Assembly (NCBI GenBank): GCA_017449075.1
Contig: JAFSKG010000044.1
Coordinates: 4,339 to 68,338 of the forward strand
Origin: Lachnospiraceae bacterium
Lineage (GTDB): Bacteria > Bacillota > Clostridia > Lachnospirales > Lachnospiraceae
DNA: 64,000 nt
Reading direction: 5' to 3'
The notes under the pieces were generated by a model, which ran no database searches, was not told the DNA's origin, and worked only from the letters and a program-made list of their open reading frames with translations. This document shows positions 46,131 through 55,855 of this stretch, piece by piece (positions within the stretch are counted from its first letter, which is position 1; every line of letters starts with the position of its first letter). The translations under genes were made by a program, and so were the position numbers.

Positions 46131-46823
46131 CTATGAGAGCCCATTGTTTAGTTCGATTATATCTCCTGTATTATACAACTTGCTTGTGATAATATTATGT
46201 ATTTTTTCTGCAGTTTCATCGCAGTCCCACATTCTTCCGCTGTCTAATGTTTTAATAAAATCTTTCATCTCATCATCACTCAAATGCTTATTCATATCTG
46301 TGTCAACTGCACCTAATGCAATTGCTATTACATCGACATTAGAATCTTTAAATTCTTTTGCGAGTGATTTTGTAAATGCATTTATTCCGCCTTTAGTCAT
46401 AGAATAGACTGACTCCATGGCAGAACCAAGTATTCCCCACATCGACGAGATATTGACAATGATTCCTTGCTTATTTTTTATCATTTGCTTACTTACTAAT
46501 TTTGTAGTAAGAAATGTGTAATCAAGATTTGAATAAACTATCTCTTTATATTTTTCATAACTTACATCTTGAATTAAATTGTAGTCACACTTGCCAGCGT
46601 TATTTATGAGTATGTAAATATCGCTTGGTATGTCGCTCTCTTTTATTTCGCCTTTTATAGTTATAACTTTTCTTTTAAATTTATTTTCTATATCTGATTT
46701 AATTTCGTTCAACAAATCTATGTTTTTTTCACAAGTTAAAAGCAAATCATAATTGTGTTCTGCAAATTTATAGGCGAGAGCTTTCCCAATGCCTCGGCTC
46801 GCGCCAGTAATTACTATATACAT
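46131..46823 (-). CDS. SDR-family oxidoreductase
   Basis: TGASRGIG cofactor motif, NNAG, and the YSMTK (YxxxK) active site. Confidence 0.8.
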   Translation of the reverse strand: MYIVITGASRGIGKALAYKFAEHNYDLLLTCEKNIDLLNEIKSDIENKFKRKVITIKGEIKESDIPSDIYILINNAGKCDYNLIQDVSYEKYKEIVYSNLDYTFLTTKLVSKQMIKNKQGIIVNISSMWGILGSAMESVYSMTKGGINAFTKSLAKEFKDSNVDVIAIALGAVDTDMNKHLSDDEMKDFIKTLDSGRMWDCDETAEKIHNIITSKLYNTGDIIELNNGLS

Positions 46824-46830
46824 GATTCCT

Positions 46831-46924
46831 CCGGGCTCGCAATGCTCGCCCCTACAAATTCAGTTATACAATCATTTGTTGGTCATATACCTCACTTAAG
46901 AAAACAATTGGAGCAGTGAGGTAT
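46831..46924 (-). repeat. Composite repeat: GC-rich core plus a hairpin whose loop matches part of the 48850-49035 palindrome
   Basis: The minus strand reads GTAGGGGCGAGCATTGCGAGCCCGG (46831-46855). The hairpin pairs ATACCTCAC (46887-46895) with GTGAGGTAT (46916-46924). The loop segment TAAGAAAACAATTGGAGCA (46897-46915) matches TAAGAAAATAGTTGGAGCA (48863-48881) at 17 of 19 positions. Confidence 0.6.
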
Positions 46925-46932
46925 AAAGCTAA

Positions 46933-47706
46933 TTATATGATGTGTAATAATTCCAATGTTATTCTTATGATGAATATTATCATAACTGCAATCATGATTG
47001 GCCTTGCAATATCCACGCCCTTTTTCATAAATAGGTTTGATCCAAGATAGTTGCCAAGCATATTAAATAGACCGCACACTATGCCAAGTGATATTAAAAC
47101 TCTTCCAGATGATATAAATAGCACCAGAGCTCCCATATTAGTTGCCCAGTTTATTGCTTTTGCAATGCCGTTCGCATCTTTTATGTTCATACCAATTATT
47201 TTTACAAAGAAGATTAGTAAAAATGTTCCAGTCGCTGGTCCATATAAGCCATCATAGAATCCGATTACCATTGCAATGATTAATGCTTTTATAAATACTT
47301 CTTTAGTTAGTTTCGCGCTAAAAAATATTTTTGGTTTTAGAGCTTCCTTGTTTAATACTATTACAAGTGTAACTGGCAGTGCTATGAGCATGAATATTTT
47401 TAAAAAATGCTCTGGTATCATCATTTGCACTCTTGCACCTAATGAAGAAAAAATCATTGCAACAATTACACATGGCACAGAAAGTTTCAAATTTACTAAA
47501 CCATTTTTCAAATAGTTTCCAAATGCAATAGTGGCGCCCATTCCAGCTGATAATTTATTTGTAGCTGAAGCCGTAATCGGTGGAAGCCCTGCTATGAGAT
47601 AACCAGGCAGCGATATAAGACCACCACCGCCTGCTATAGCATCTACAAATCCCGCCAAAAACACAAGCGGGCATGCAATTAAATATGTAAATAAATCTAT
47701 TTCCAT
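46933..47706 (-). CDS. TauE/SafE (TSUP) family anion exporter
   Basis: 257 aa with ~8 TM helices and Gly-rich repeats (DAIAGGGGLISLPG). Confidence 0.78.
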   Translation of the reverse strand: MEIDLFTYLIACPLVFLAGFVDAIAGGGGLISLPGYLIAGLPPITASATNKLSAGMGATIAFGNYLKNGLVNLKLSVPCVIVAMIFSSLGARVQMMIPEHFLKIFMLIALPVTLVIVLNKEALKPKIFFSAKLTKEVFIKALIIAMVIGFYDGLYGPATGTFLLIFFVKIIGMNIKDANGIAKAINWATNMGALVLFISSGRVLISLGIVCGLFNMLGNYLGSNLFMKKGVDIARPIMIAVMIIFIIRITLELLHII

Positions 47707-48821
47707 TATTTACTCTCTTTTGGCACTTGATAAGACTTTATTTTCTTATAGCACTCATTGTAATTTTCTTCAAAGCGTCCTAGATCCTTATACAACTCAT
47801 ATTTATCTATTTCATCAAGATTTGGGAATATCGCTTCATCCTTTAATATTTCTTCTCCATCTCTATCTCTTATCAAGTCAATAGTTTTTAAATTTGCTAT
47901 TCCATAATGCATTTCATCATAATTCATAAGTGCGATTTCTGGATCAAGCATGAAGTCAATCCATTTTTTTGCAAGTTCCTTATGCCTTGCACCCTTTGGT
48001 ATAACCCAAGCATCTATAGTAAAGTTCACACCTTCTTCTGGTAAGATGTATTCATATTTATAGTTTGACCCATTCTCTTTTATGTATTCCACTTCTCCAC
48101 TATACATAACTGCTATGCTGCCATTACCTGCAACCATTTTATCTCTAAGGTCATCTATCATATATGAATTGACTAAATGCTTTTGTGCAATCAAATCTTC
48201 AGTCGCCTTATCTAGCTCATCTTGTTTTAATGTGTTAATTGAAAAATTATTTTTCTTAAGTCCCACCATCATCAAATCTCTCATAGCATCCTGCATCAAA
48301 AGTTCGCCTTTATAATCTTCATTCCACATATCATCCCACTTCTTTGGATATGGCACACCCAAATCGTCAAGTTGAGTTTTATTGTAAATCATGCCAAGTG
48401 TTGAATGAACATATGGGACTACATAAGAATTATTTTTATCAAACGAACTTATAATTTTCAAAATTTTTGGATCAATATTGTTGTAATTAGGTAATTCTCT
48501 TATATCATATTCATATAGCATACCTTTATTAATCATCTTTTCTATCATATAGTCAGTCGGACACAAAACATCATACATCCTCCCATTTGACGAAACAACT
48601 GCATACATTTCTTCATTTGTGTCAAATTCATCATATACAACTTTGCAGTCGTACTTTTCTTCAAACTTGCCGATTACATTTTCATCCAAATAAAGACCCC
48701 AGTTGTAGACAAAGAGTTTGTTCGTCTGATCATCCTCTCTGTTGCCACAGCTAGATGCTATAAATATGGTTAAAAGTATTACTAAAAATATTTTTAATTC
48801 TTTTTTCATTAAATACGACAT
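47706..48821 (-). CDS. Spermidine/putrescine-type ABC transporter substrate-binding lipoprotein (PotD-like)
   Basis: Lipobox LTIFIASSCG and PotD/PotF-like features (VYNWGLYLDE, VPYVHSTLGMIYN). No SD lies before either candidate ATG (48821 or 48809). Confidence 0.78.
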   Translation of the reverse strand: MSYLMKKELKIFLVILLTIFIASSCGNREDDQTNKLFVYNWGLYLDENVIGKFEEKYDCKVVYDEFDTNEEMYAVVSSNGRMYDVLCPTDYMIEKMINKGMLYEYDIRELPNYNNIDPKILKIISSFDKNNSYVVPYVHSTLGMIYNKTQLDDLGVPYPKKWDDMWNEDYKGELLMQDAMRDLMMVGLKKNNFSINTLKQDELDKATEDLIAQKHLVNSYMIDDLRDKMVAGNGSIAVMYSGEVEYIKENGSNYKYEYILPEEGVNFTIDAWVIPKGARHKELAKKWIDFMLDPEIALMNYDEMHYGIANLKTIDLIRDRDGEEILKDEAIFPNLDEIDKYELYKDLGRFEENYNECYKKIKSYQVPKESK

Positions 48822-48849
48822 TATTATTTATTCACAATTAATATTCTAT

Positions 48850-49035
48850 CAACTATTTCGCATAAGAAAATAGTTGGAGCAAGTTCCACATTTTCTACAA
48901 ACTTTGCTAAGTTTGAACCTTAGAACTTTAGCACTGTCTGAGCGAAGCGAGTTTGCAAAGTTCTTGGTGAAAACGAGCAAAGGCTTGTATAGAAAATGTA
49001 GGGTTTTGCGACCTATTTTCAATGCGAAATAGTTG
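48850..49035. repeat. 186-bp imperfect palindrome (arms ~90 nt, about 75% complementary by eye) with hairpin termini. A MITE/REP-like element or a structured RNA.
   Basis: Perfect 14-nt termini: CAACTATTTCGCAT (48850-48863) and ATGCGAAATAGTTG (49022-49035). Matched inner blocks are GAAAATAG, ACATTTTCT, TTTGCT and AGAACTTT. The centre contains GCGAAGC. Each end is itself a small hairpin (CAACTATTT/AAATAGTTG). Confidence 0.7.
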
Positions 49036-49056
49036 TAAAAGTATAAATTTTGATGA

Positions 49057-50868
49057 TTATTCGGCATCGAGTTTGAGCACCGCCATAAATGCCGACTGCG
49101 GTATCTCCACCGCCCCAAACTGTTTCATTCGTTTCTTTCCTTCTTTTTGTTTTTCAAGAAGCTTTTTCTTTCGGGTTATATCACCACCATAGCATTTCGC
49201 AAGCACGTCTTTCCTAAGAGCTTTTATTGTTTCTCTTGCTATGACTTTGCCACCTATTGCAGCTTGAAGAGGGATTTCAAAAAGCTGCCTTGGTATTTCT
49301 TCTTTCAGTTTCTCGCACATCTTTCTTCCGCGCTCTTCAGCAGAGCCTCTAAACACTATGAAAGATAGTGCATCGATGTTCTCTTTATTTACAAGAATAT
49401 CAAGCTTACAAAGATTTGATTTTTGATAACCTTTTAAATTATAGTCAAGTGATGCATAGCCCCTACTTCTTGACTTTAAGGCATCAAAAAAATCATATAT
49501 TATCTCATTTAATGGCAATTCATATTTTAATACTGCTCTATTTTCTTCTATATAATCTATATTTAAATAGACACCTCGTCTCTCCTCGCAAAGTTTCATT
49601 ATGGCTCCGATATAATCTTTCGTTACCATAATCTCTGCATTTACAATCGGCTCTTCCATATGATCTATGTAAGATGGGTCTGGCAGATTCGACGGATTAG
49701 TGAGTATCTCCATCGTGCCATCAGTTTTATACACATGATATACAACCGATGGTGATGTAGTCACCAAATCTAGATCGAACTCTCTCTCCAATCTTTCTTC
49801 TATGACATCAAGATGTAAAAGTCCTAAGAAGCCACATCTAAATCCAAATCCAAGTGCAACCGAAGTCTCAGGTTCATACTGAAGTGAAGCATCATTTAAT
49901 TGTAATTTTTCAAGTGCATCACGAAGGTCAGGATATTTCTGACCATCACTTGGATAAAGACCACAGTACACCATTGGTGTAACTTTTTTATAACCAGGTA
50001 ATGCCTTTGCTTCATTTCCAACCTCTGTCACTGTGTCGCCAACACGAGTATCTTTTATACTTTTAATAGATGCTGTAATATAGCCAACATATCCAGGATA
50101 AAGTGCATCACATGGTATGAATTTACCTGCTCCAAATACTCCAACTTCCACAGTTTCAAACGAAGCACCTGTAGCCATCATTTTAATTTTAGTTCCTTTC
50201 TTTACTATACCATTAAATACTCTAACAAATACTATTACACCTTTATACGAATCATATATAGAATCAAATATCAATGCCTGAAATGGATCTTCCTCTTTTC
50301 CATTTGGTGGTGGTATATGCTTTACAATTGCTTCAAGTACTTCGTGAACATTTTTTCCTGTCTTCGCGGAAATCTTTGGCGCAATACTGCAATCTATACC
50401 GATCACATCTTCAATTTCTTTACAAACTCTATCAGGTTCTGCAGAAGGTAAGTCTATCTTATTGATAACTGGCACTATATCAAGATTGTGATCAAGTGCA
50501 AGATATACATTTGCAAGGGTCTGCGCTTCTATCCCTTGTGCTGCATCAACTACAAGAAGAGCTCCTTCACATGCTGCAAGTGACCTACTTACTTCATAAG
50601 TGAAGTCAACATGTCCAGGAGTATCAATCAAATTAAATATATACTCTTCGCCATCATCTGCTTTATAAGTGATACGAACAGTTTGTGATTTGATTGTAAT
50701 TCCTCTTTCTCGCTCAATGTCCATGTTATCAAGTACTTGCTCTTTCATCTCTCTGTCTGTGAGAGTTCCTGTAAGTTCAAGTATTCTATCAGCCAAAGTA
50801 CTTTTTCCATGATCGATATGGGCGATGATTGAAAAATTCCTTATTTTATTTTGGTCAATCTTCTGCAT
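49057..50868 (-). CDS. lepA: Elongation factor 4 (LepA)
   Basis: Motifs [25 protein letters not shown] and NKID, with the LepA-specific C-terminal domain. Confidence 0.95.
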   Translation of the reverse strand: MQKIDQNKIRNFSIIAHIDHGKSTLADRILELTGTLTDREMKEQVLDNMDIERERGITIKSQTVRITYKADDGEEYIFNLIDTPGHVDFTYEVSRSLAACEGALLVVDAAQGIEAQTLANVYLALDHNLDIVPVINKIDLPSAEPDRVCKEIEDVIGIDCSIAPKISAKTGKNVHEVLEAIVKHIPPPNGKEEDPFQALIFDSIYDSYKGVIVFVRVFNGIVKKGTKIKMMATGASFETVEVGVFGAGKFIPCDALYPGYVGYITASIKSIKDTRVGDTVTEVGNEAKALPGYKKVTPMVYCGLYPSDGQKYPDLRDALEKLQLNDASLQYEPETSVALGFGFRCGFLGLLHLDVIEERLEREFDLDLVTTSPSVVYHVYKTDGTMEILTNPSNLPDPSYIDHMEEPIVNAEIMVTKDYIGAIMKLCEERRGVYLNIDYIEENRAVLKYELPLNEIIYDFFDALKSRSRGYASLDYNLKGYQKSNLCKLDILVNKENIDALSFIVFRGSAEERGRKMCEKLKEEIPRQLFEIPLQAAIGGKVIARETIKALRKDVLAKCYGGDITRKKKLLEKQKEGKKRMKQFGAVEIPQSAFMAVLKLDAE

Positions 50869-50895
50869 ATTTATAAAAAGGGGCTCGCAAGCCCC
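50869..50895 (-). terminator. Rho-independent terminator after pgk, abutting the lepA start
   Basis: GGGGCT-CGCA-AGCCCC (50880-50895). On the minus strand it is followed by TTTTTAT, and the lepA ATG comes 11 nt later. Confidence 0.7.
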
Positions 50896-50913
50896 TTCAA
50901 TTTTTATTTACAA

Positions 50914-52128
50914 TTACTTATCTGTAAGACACTCAACTCCCGGAAGTGGTTCACCTTTTAAGAAATCAAGAGTTGCGCCACCACCTGTAGATACATGTGT
51001 CATCTTTGAAGCAAGACCGAATTGATTAACAGCTGAGGCAGAATCACCACCACCAACTATAGTAACTGCGTCCTTTCTTAAAGACATACACTTAGCTATA
51101 CAATATGTGCCAACTGCGAATTTTTGATTTTCAAAAAGTCCAACTGGTCCATTCCAAAGAATTGTTTTAGCTTTCATAATTTCTTCCATTATGAGTTTGC
51201 TTGTCTTTGGCCCCGCATCGTATCCTGAATAATTCTTATCAAGTTTATCTATATCAAAAACTTTAGTCTTAATATTTGGGTCAGTAAGTGGATCTGGGAA
51301 ATGATCTGCACCAACACAGTCAACCGGAAGAAGCAATTTCTTTCCAAGCTTCTTTGCCTTATCGACCATCTCCATACAATAATCGATCTTACTCTCATCT
51401 AAAAGAGATTTTCCAATCTCATATCCGAATCCCTTCATAAATGTATAAGACATACCACCTGCAACTATAACCACATCTGATCTATCAAGTGCCTTGTCTA
51501 TAACTTTTAACTTGTCAGCAATTTTAGAACCACCAAGTATGGTAACGAATGGTCTCTTAGGATTATCTATATAATTGCAAAGTTTATCAAGCTCTGCCTT
51601 TATAAGGTAACCAGCTACAGCTGTATCAACAAATTTAGTTACCCCATAATTAGAACAATGTGCTCTATGACAAGTTCCAAATGCATCACCTACAAATATA
51701 TCGCAAAGTGAAGCAAGTTCTTTTGAGAAGTTATCATCGTTCTTGCTTTCCTCATCTCTCCACCTTGTATTTTGAAGCATAGCAATTTGTCCATCTTTCA
51801 TCTTGCCAACTTCTGCCTTAACATTTTCATCAACTACTTTATCACTTCCAATAAACTTAATTGGCATCTTTAGAGCTTTTGATAATGCCTTACATACTGG
51901 CTCAATATCTTGGTGCTTTTCTGGTTTACCAAGGTGTGAGCAAATTACTACTCTTGCACCATGAGTTGCAAGATATTTAATTGTAGGAATTGATGCCTTT
52001 ATTCTTTGGTCGTCAGTAATTTTTCCATCATGAATTGGAACATTTAAGTCGCATCTTAAAAGGACTCTTTCCCCTTTAAAATTCTTTACATCCTCAATTG
52101 TTTTCTTGTTGAACTTATTCTTTGCCAT
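50914..52128 (-). CDS. pgk: Phosphoglycerate kinase
   Basis: Motifs RCDLNVP, ILGGSKIADK and STGGGATL. Confidence 0.95.
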   Translation of the reverse strand: MAKNKFNKKTIEDVKNFKGERVLLRCDLNVPIHDGKITDDQRIKASIPTIKYLATHGARVVICSHLGKPEKHQDIEPVCKALSKALKMPIKFIGSDKVVDENVKAEVGKMKDGQIAMLQNTRWRDEESKNDDNFSKELASLCDIFVGDAFGTCHRAHCSNYGVTKFVDTAVAGYLIKAELDKLCNYIDNPKRPFVTILGGSKIADKLKVIDKALDRSDVVIVAGGMSYTFMKGFGYEIGKSLLDESKIDYCMEMVDKAKKLGKKLLLPVDCVGADHFPDPLTDPNIKTKVFDIDKLDKNYSGYDAGPKTSKLIMEEIMKAKTILWNGPVGLFENQKFAVGTYCIAKCMSLRKDAVTIVGGGDSASAVNQFGLASKMTHVSTGGGATLDFLKGEPLPGVECLTDK

Positions 52129-52138
52129 ACTATTCTCC

Positions 52139-53158
52139 TTATTTTATAAGACTTGCAAAATATTTTCCAGTTCTTATCATTTGAGAAGTATATGAATTCT
52201 CATTATCATACCATGAAACCACACAAACCTCATAGAGATTATCATCTACTTTGTTTACCATAGTTTGAGTAGCATCAAAAAGTGATCCATAAGTCATGCC
52301 AACGATATCGCTTGATACAAGTTCATCTGTTGTATATCCAAAACTTTCATTTGAAGCTTTCTTCATAACTTCATTTATTTTTTCTTTCGTAATATCTTTT
52401 CCTTCAACTACTGCAAAAAGCATAGTTGTTGATCCTGCTGGAGTTGGAACTCTTTGAGCAGAACCTATTAATTTGCCATTTAACTCTGGTATAACAAGCC
52501 CTATTGCCTTTGCAGCGCCAGTTGAATTTGGAACGATACTCAAAGCAGCTGCACGAGAACGACGAAGATCGCCCTTCTTATGTGGTCCATCTAGAAGCAT
52601 TTGATCTGGAGTATAGGCATGAATTGTTGACATAATTCCTGACTTAATTGGATAAGCGTCATTAAGTGCCTTAGCCATAGGTGCAAGACAATTGGTTGTA
52701 CAAGATGCTGCTGATATAATTTGATCATTCTTGTCAAGGATTGTATGATTTACATTATAAACAATAGTCTTTAAGTCATTTCCTGCAGGTGCATTGATTA
52801 CTACGTGTTTTGCTCCAGCATTGATGTGAGCCATTGATTTTTCTTTGCTTGCATAAACACCTGTACACTCAAATACAACATCTACGTCAAGTTTTCCCCA
52901 TGGGAGATTATTTGCATCTTTCTCTTTGTAAATCTTGATAGTTTTTCCCTTTACTGTGATTGAATCTTCCCCAAAACTAACCTCATCAGCATATTTATAT
53001 CTACCTTGAGTAGAATCATACTTTAATAAATGTGCTAATGTCTGTGGCTCAGTCAAATCATTGATTGCCACTACCTCAAAATCCTTATCGTCAAACATTT
53101 GACGAAATGCAAGTCTACCAATTCTTCCAAATCCATTTAATGCTACTTTTACTGCCAT
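52139..53158 (-). CDS. gap: Type I glyceraldehyde-3-phosphate dehydrogenase
   Basis: NGFGRIGR motif and the [10 protein letters not shown] active site. Confidence 0.95.
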   Translation of the reverse strand: MAVKVALNGFGRIGRLAFRQMFDDKDFEVVAINDLTEPQTLAHLLKYDSTQGRYKYADEVSFGEDSITVKGKTIKIYKEKDANNLPWGKLDVDVVFECTGVYASKEKSMAHINAGAKHVVINAPAGNDLKTIVYNVNHTILDKNDQIISAASCTTNCLAPMAKALNDAYPIKSGIMSTIHAYTPDQMLLDGPHKKGDLRRSRAAALSIVPNSTGAAKAIGLVIPELNGKLIGSAQRVPTPAGSTTMLFAVVEGKDITKEKINEVMKKASNESFGYTTDELVSSDIVGMTYGSLFDATQTMVNKVDDNLYEVCVVSWYDNENSYTSQMIRTGKYFASLIK

Positions 53159-53209
53159 AATATTTTCCCTCCAAACATTTTATTTTATATTAATTTAGTT
53201 AAAACAATT

Positions 53210-54904
53210 TTATTTCTTAATTATAATTACTTTATTGATATCTTCTGCCTCTCTATAGTCTGCAAGATTATTTGCATGGTCTGTAACTCTCTCAAGATTT
53301 CCTATTATATCGAGAAATACTATTCCGGCTACAGTATTACACTCTCCAGCACTCATTCTCTTTATATGATTATCTCTGTACACATCTTCAAGTCTATCAA
53401 CTTCTTCTTCAAGCTTTCTAACATTGGCGATTGCCTCTTTGTCGTCACCATTGATACACTTGATTGCACTCTCTACAGATTCAAGAGTTATATTGATTAT
53501 GTTTTCCATCTCTTCAGCACCGCGCTTTGAAAATGCCACTTCATCGGTTAGCATCTGAGTTGCATTTTCAGAAATATTTTCAGCATGGTCGCCTATTCTC
53601 TCTATATCACTACAGATAGACATAAGATGTTCTACTTCCATATGTTCTTTTTCATTAAGACTTAAATTATTTATCTTAGCAAGATAAGTTACTATAATAT
53701 TAGTAGTTTTGTCTATCTGCTCTTCATGTGTGACTACATCTCGAATCAATTCTTCATTTCTTTCTTTTATAATTAAATTAGTTGCCCTCTTTAAATTCTT
53801 AAGCACATAATTTGCATAGAACACAACTTCGTTTCTAACTGTAGATATAGCAACTGCAGGTTGATTTAAAATTCTCTCATCAAGTATCGCCTGCGTCTTC
53901 TCAGAAAGATTGAAATCTTCTTCTTCCTCACCATTATCTGGAATTATCTTTTTAGTTATGTCAACCATGAGATTTGAAAGCGGTAAAAGTATAAGTGTAT
54001 TTCCTATGTTAAACCCAGTATGGAAAAGTGAAATTTCAAAAAGTGTAATGCGAGTTGCCAAGAAGTCTTTTACAAATGGATAAGCTATAAGTACCAATAG
54101 AGAAAAGATAAGTCCGCCCAATACGTTAAATAATAAGTGAAGAAGTGCCGTCCTCTTACCATTCTTGCTACTATTTGCTGATGAAATAATAGTGGTAACA
54201 CAGGTTCCTATATTTTGTCCCACAGTTATAAAACAAGCTGCTGATTTTGAAATACTACCAGTTAGGGCAAGTGTTTGAAGAATAGATACCGATGCTGAAG
54301 AGCTTGATAATATAACAGTTACTATCGCACCAATTAGTATTGCAAGTATAGGTATCTTTCCCATTATTTCAAACGAATCAATAAATATTTTTGATTTTGC
54401 ATATGGTAAAACACCTGTTGACATAAGTGTTAACCCTAAAAACAAAAGTCCTACTCCTGCAAATATATTTGCTTTTGTTTTTACTTTTTCTTTTTTTGTA
54501 AATACGAATATCAAAGCACTAATTCCAAAAAGAACTGGTGCAAAAAAGTCTGGTTTAAAAATATCTATAGCAGAACCAAGTTCTGCAAGAGCAACAATCC
54601 AAGCAGTAGCCGTAGTACCAATATTTGCTCCCATTATCACTCCTACAGCATTTGACAAACTCATCAAACCTGCATTTACAAATCCAACAACCATTATAGT
54701 TGTAGCCGCTGAACTTTGAATAACTGCCGTTACAATGGCACCTACTGCAATTGCTGTAAATTTATTTGCGGTAAGAAGTTTTAATACATTTCCAAATTTT
54801 GGACCTGCAACTTTTTGGAGTCCGTCCGACATGGTTTTCATGCCGTAGAGGAACATTCCTACTCCGCCAACAAATGTAAATAGATTTCTAAAATGCTCTA
54901 TCAT
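53210..54904 (-). CDS. Na/Pi cotransporter family protein with C-terminal PhoU-like repeats
   Basis: Two NptA-type membrane repeats (QSSAATT and SSSASVS motifs), plus a soluble C-terminal half with duplicated ERIGDHAEN/ERVTDHANN motifs. Confidence 0.85.
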   Translation of the reverse strand: MIEHFRNLFTFVGGVGMFLYGMKTMSDGLQKVAGPKFGNVLKLLTANKFTAIAVGAIVTAVIQSSAATTIMVVGFVNAGLMSLSNAVGVIMGANIGTTATAWIVALAELGSAIDIFKPDFFAPVLFGISALIFVFTKKEKVKTKANIFAGVGLLFLGLTLMSTGVLPYAKSKIFIDSFEIMGKIPILAILIGAIVTVILSSSSASVSILQTLALTGSISKSAACFITVGQNIGTCVTTIISSANSSKNGKRTALLHLLFNVLGGLIFSLLVLIAYPFVKDFLATRITLFEISLFHTGFNIGNTLILLPLSNLMVDITKKIIPDNGEEEEDFNLSEKTQAILDERILNQPAVAISTVRNEVVFYANYVLKNLKRATNLIIKERNEELIRDVVTHEEQIDKTTNIIVTYLAKINNLSLNEKEHMEVEHLMSICSDIERIGDHAENISENATQMLTDEVAFSKRGAEEMENIINITLESVESAIKCINGDDKEAIANVRKLEEEVDRLEDVYRDNHIKRMSAGECNTVAGIVFLDIIGNLERVTDHANNLADYREAEDINKVIIIKK

Positions 54905-55734
54905 TTAATCAACCTAGATAACATATTAAGTGATTCATCAAGTTCTTTTACATCTATATCCTCTATCATGCCCTCATCAACCATCTTAGAATATTCAACC
55001 CTGAGTGGTATCTTGGCAATTACTTCAGTATCATTTTCATCTGCCACTTCATCTATATTACTCTTGCCAAATATCTCTATCTTAGTCTCACAATTTGGGC
55101 AAACAACGTAAGACATATTTTCTACAACGCCAAAAATATCTATGTCCATCTTGTTTGCCATATTGATAGATTTAGTGACTATCATTGACACAAGACTTTG
55201 AGGTGATGTTACAATTATAACTTTGTCTATTGGGATTGATTGATATGTAGTTAGAGGAACATCTCCTGTCCCTGGTGGCATATCTATAAATAAAAAATCC
55301 AAATCGCCCCAGTCAACTTCTTGATAAAATTGTTGGAGAAGTCCAGCTATAAGAGAACCTCTATAGATTATAGGTTGTGTGTCTTCTTCAAGTAGAAGAT
55401 TTGAAGAAATAATTTTAACTCCAGTCCTTGATACTTTTGGAATCATGAGACCTTTTTCATTTGCCAATAAATCTCTTTCTAAAATGCCAAATGATTTTGG
55501 AATAGATGGACCTAAAATATCTGCGTCCAAAATTCCAACTTTAAATCCTTTTTTTTGAAGTCCAGCTGCAAGAAGCGATGTAACAAATGACTTGCCTACA
55601 CCACCTTTACCAGATGAGATACCAATAATTTTTTTAATTTTAGATCCCTCACCTAGTTTTAATTTTTCTATATTATGTTCCTTGCTCGCACAATTAGCCG
55701 AACAAGTATCACAATTATGTGTGCACTCGCTCAT
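54901..55734 (-). CDS. Mrp/NBP35/ApbC-family iron-sulfur cluster carrier ATPase
   Basis: Deviant Walker A SGKGGVGKS, a CPNC motif, and N-terminal Cys-rich CTHNCDTCSANC. Confidence 0.85.
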   Translation of the reverse strand: MSECTHNCDTCSANCASKEHNIEKLKLGEGSKIKKIIGISSGKGGVGKSFVTSLLAAGLQKKGFKVGILDADILGPSIPKSFGILERDLLANEKGLMIPKVSRTGVKIISSNLLLEEDTQPIIYRGSLIAGLLQQFYQEVDWGDLDFLFIDMPPGTGDVPLTTYQSIPIDKVIIVTSPQSLVSMIVTKSINMANKMDIDIFGVVENMSYVVCPNCETKIEIFGKSNIDEVADENDTEVIAKIPLRVEYSKMVDEGMIEDIDVKELDESLNMLSRLIK

Positions 55735-55855
55735 ATATTCCCTCCATATTTAACATTATAATTATACTATAATAAAAACTATTTTACAACAATTAAAAAA
55801 TATGATAAACTATAAAAAATCAAGTATTTTAAAGCATTTTAAGATGGGGGAATGT

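Noticed and set aside
48850-49035. 6S RNA (ssrS) as the identity of the 186-nt irregular hairpin with an internal bubble.
   Set aside because: The size and shape are suggestive. However, the closing stem is unusually perfect, segments recur at 46861-46915 (repeat behaviour), and I cannot verify 6S conserved features without a covariance-model search. I kept it only as an alternative in the finding.
48849-49118. The 89-aa minus-strand ORF spanning the palindrome and the lepA 3' end.
   Set aside because: It overlaps the lepA coding sequence out of frame and is otherwise translated palindrome. It has no SD and an Arg/Cys-rich composition with no features.
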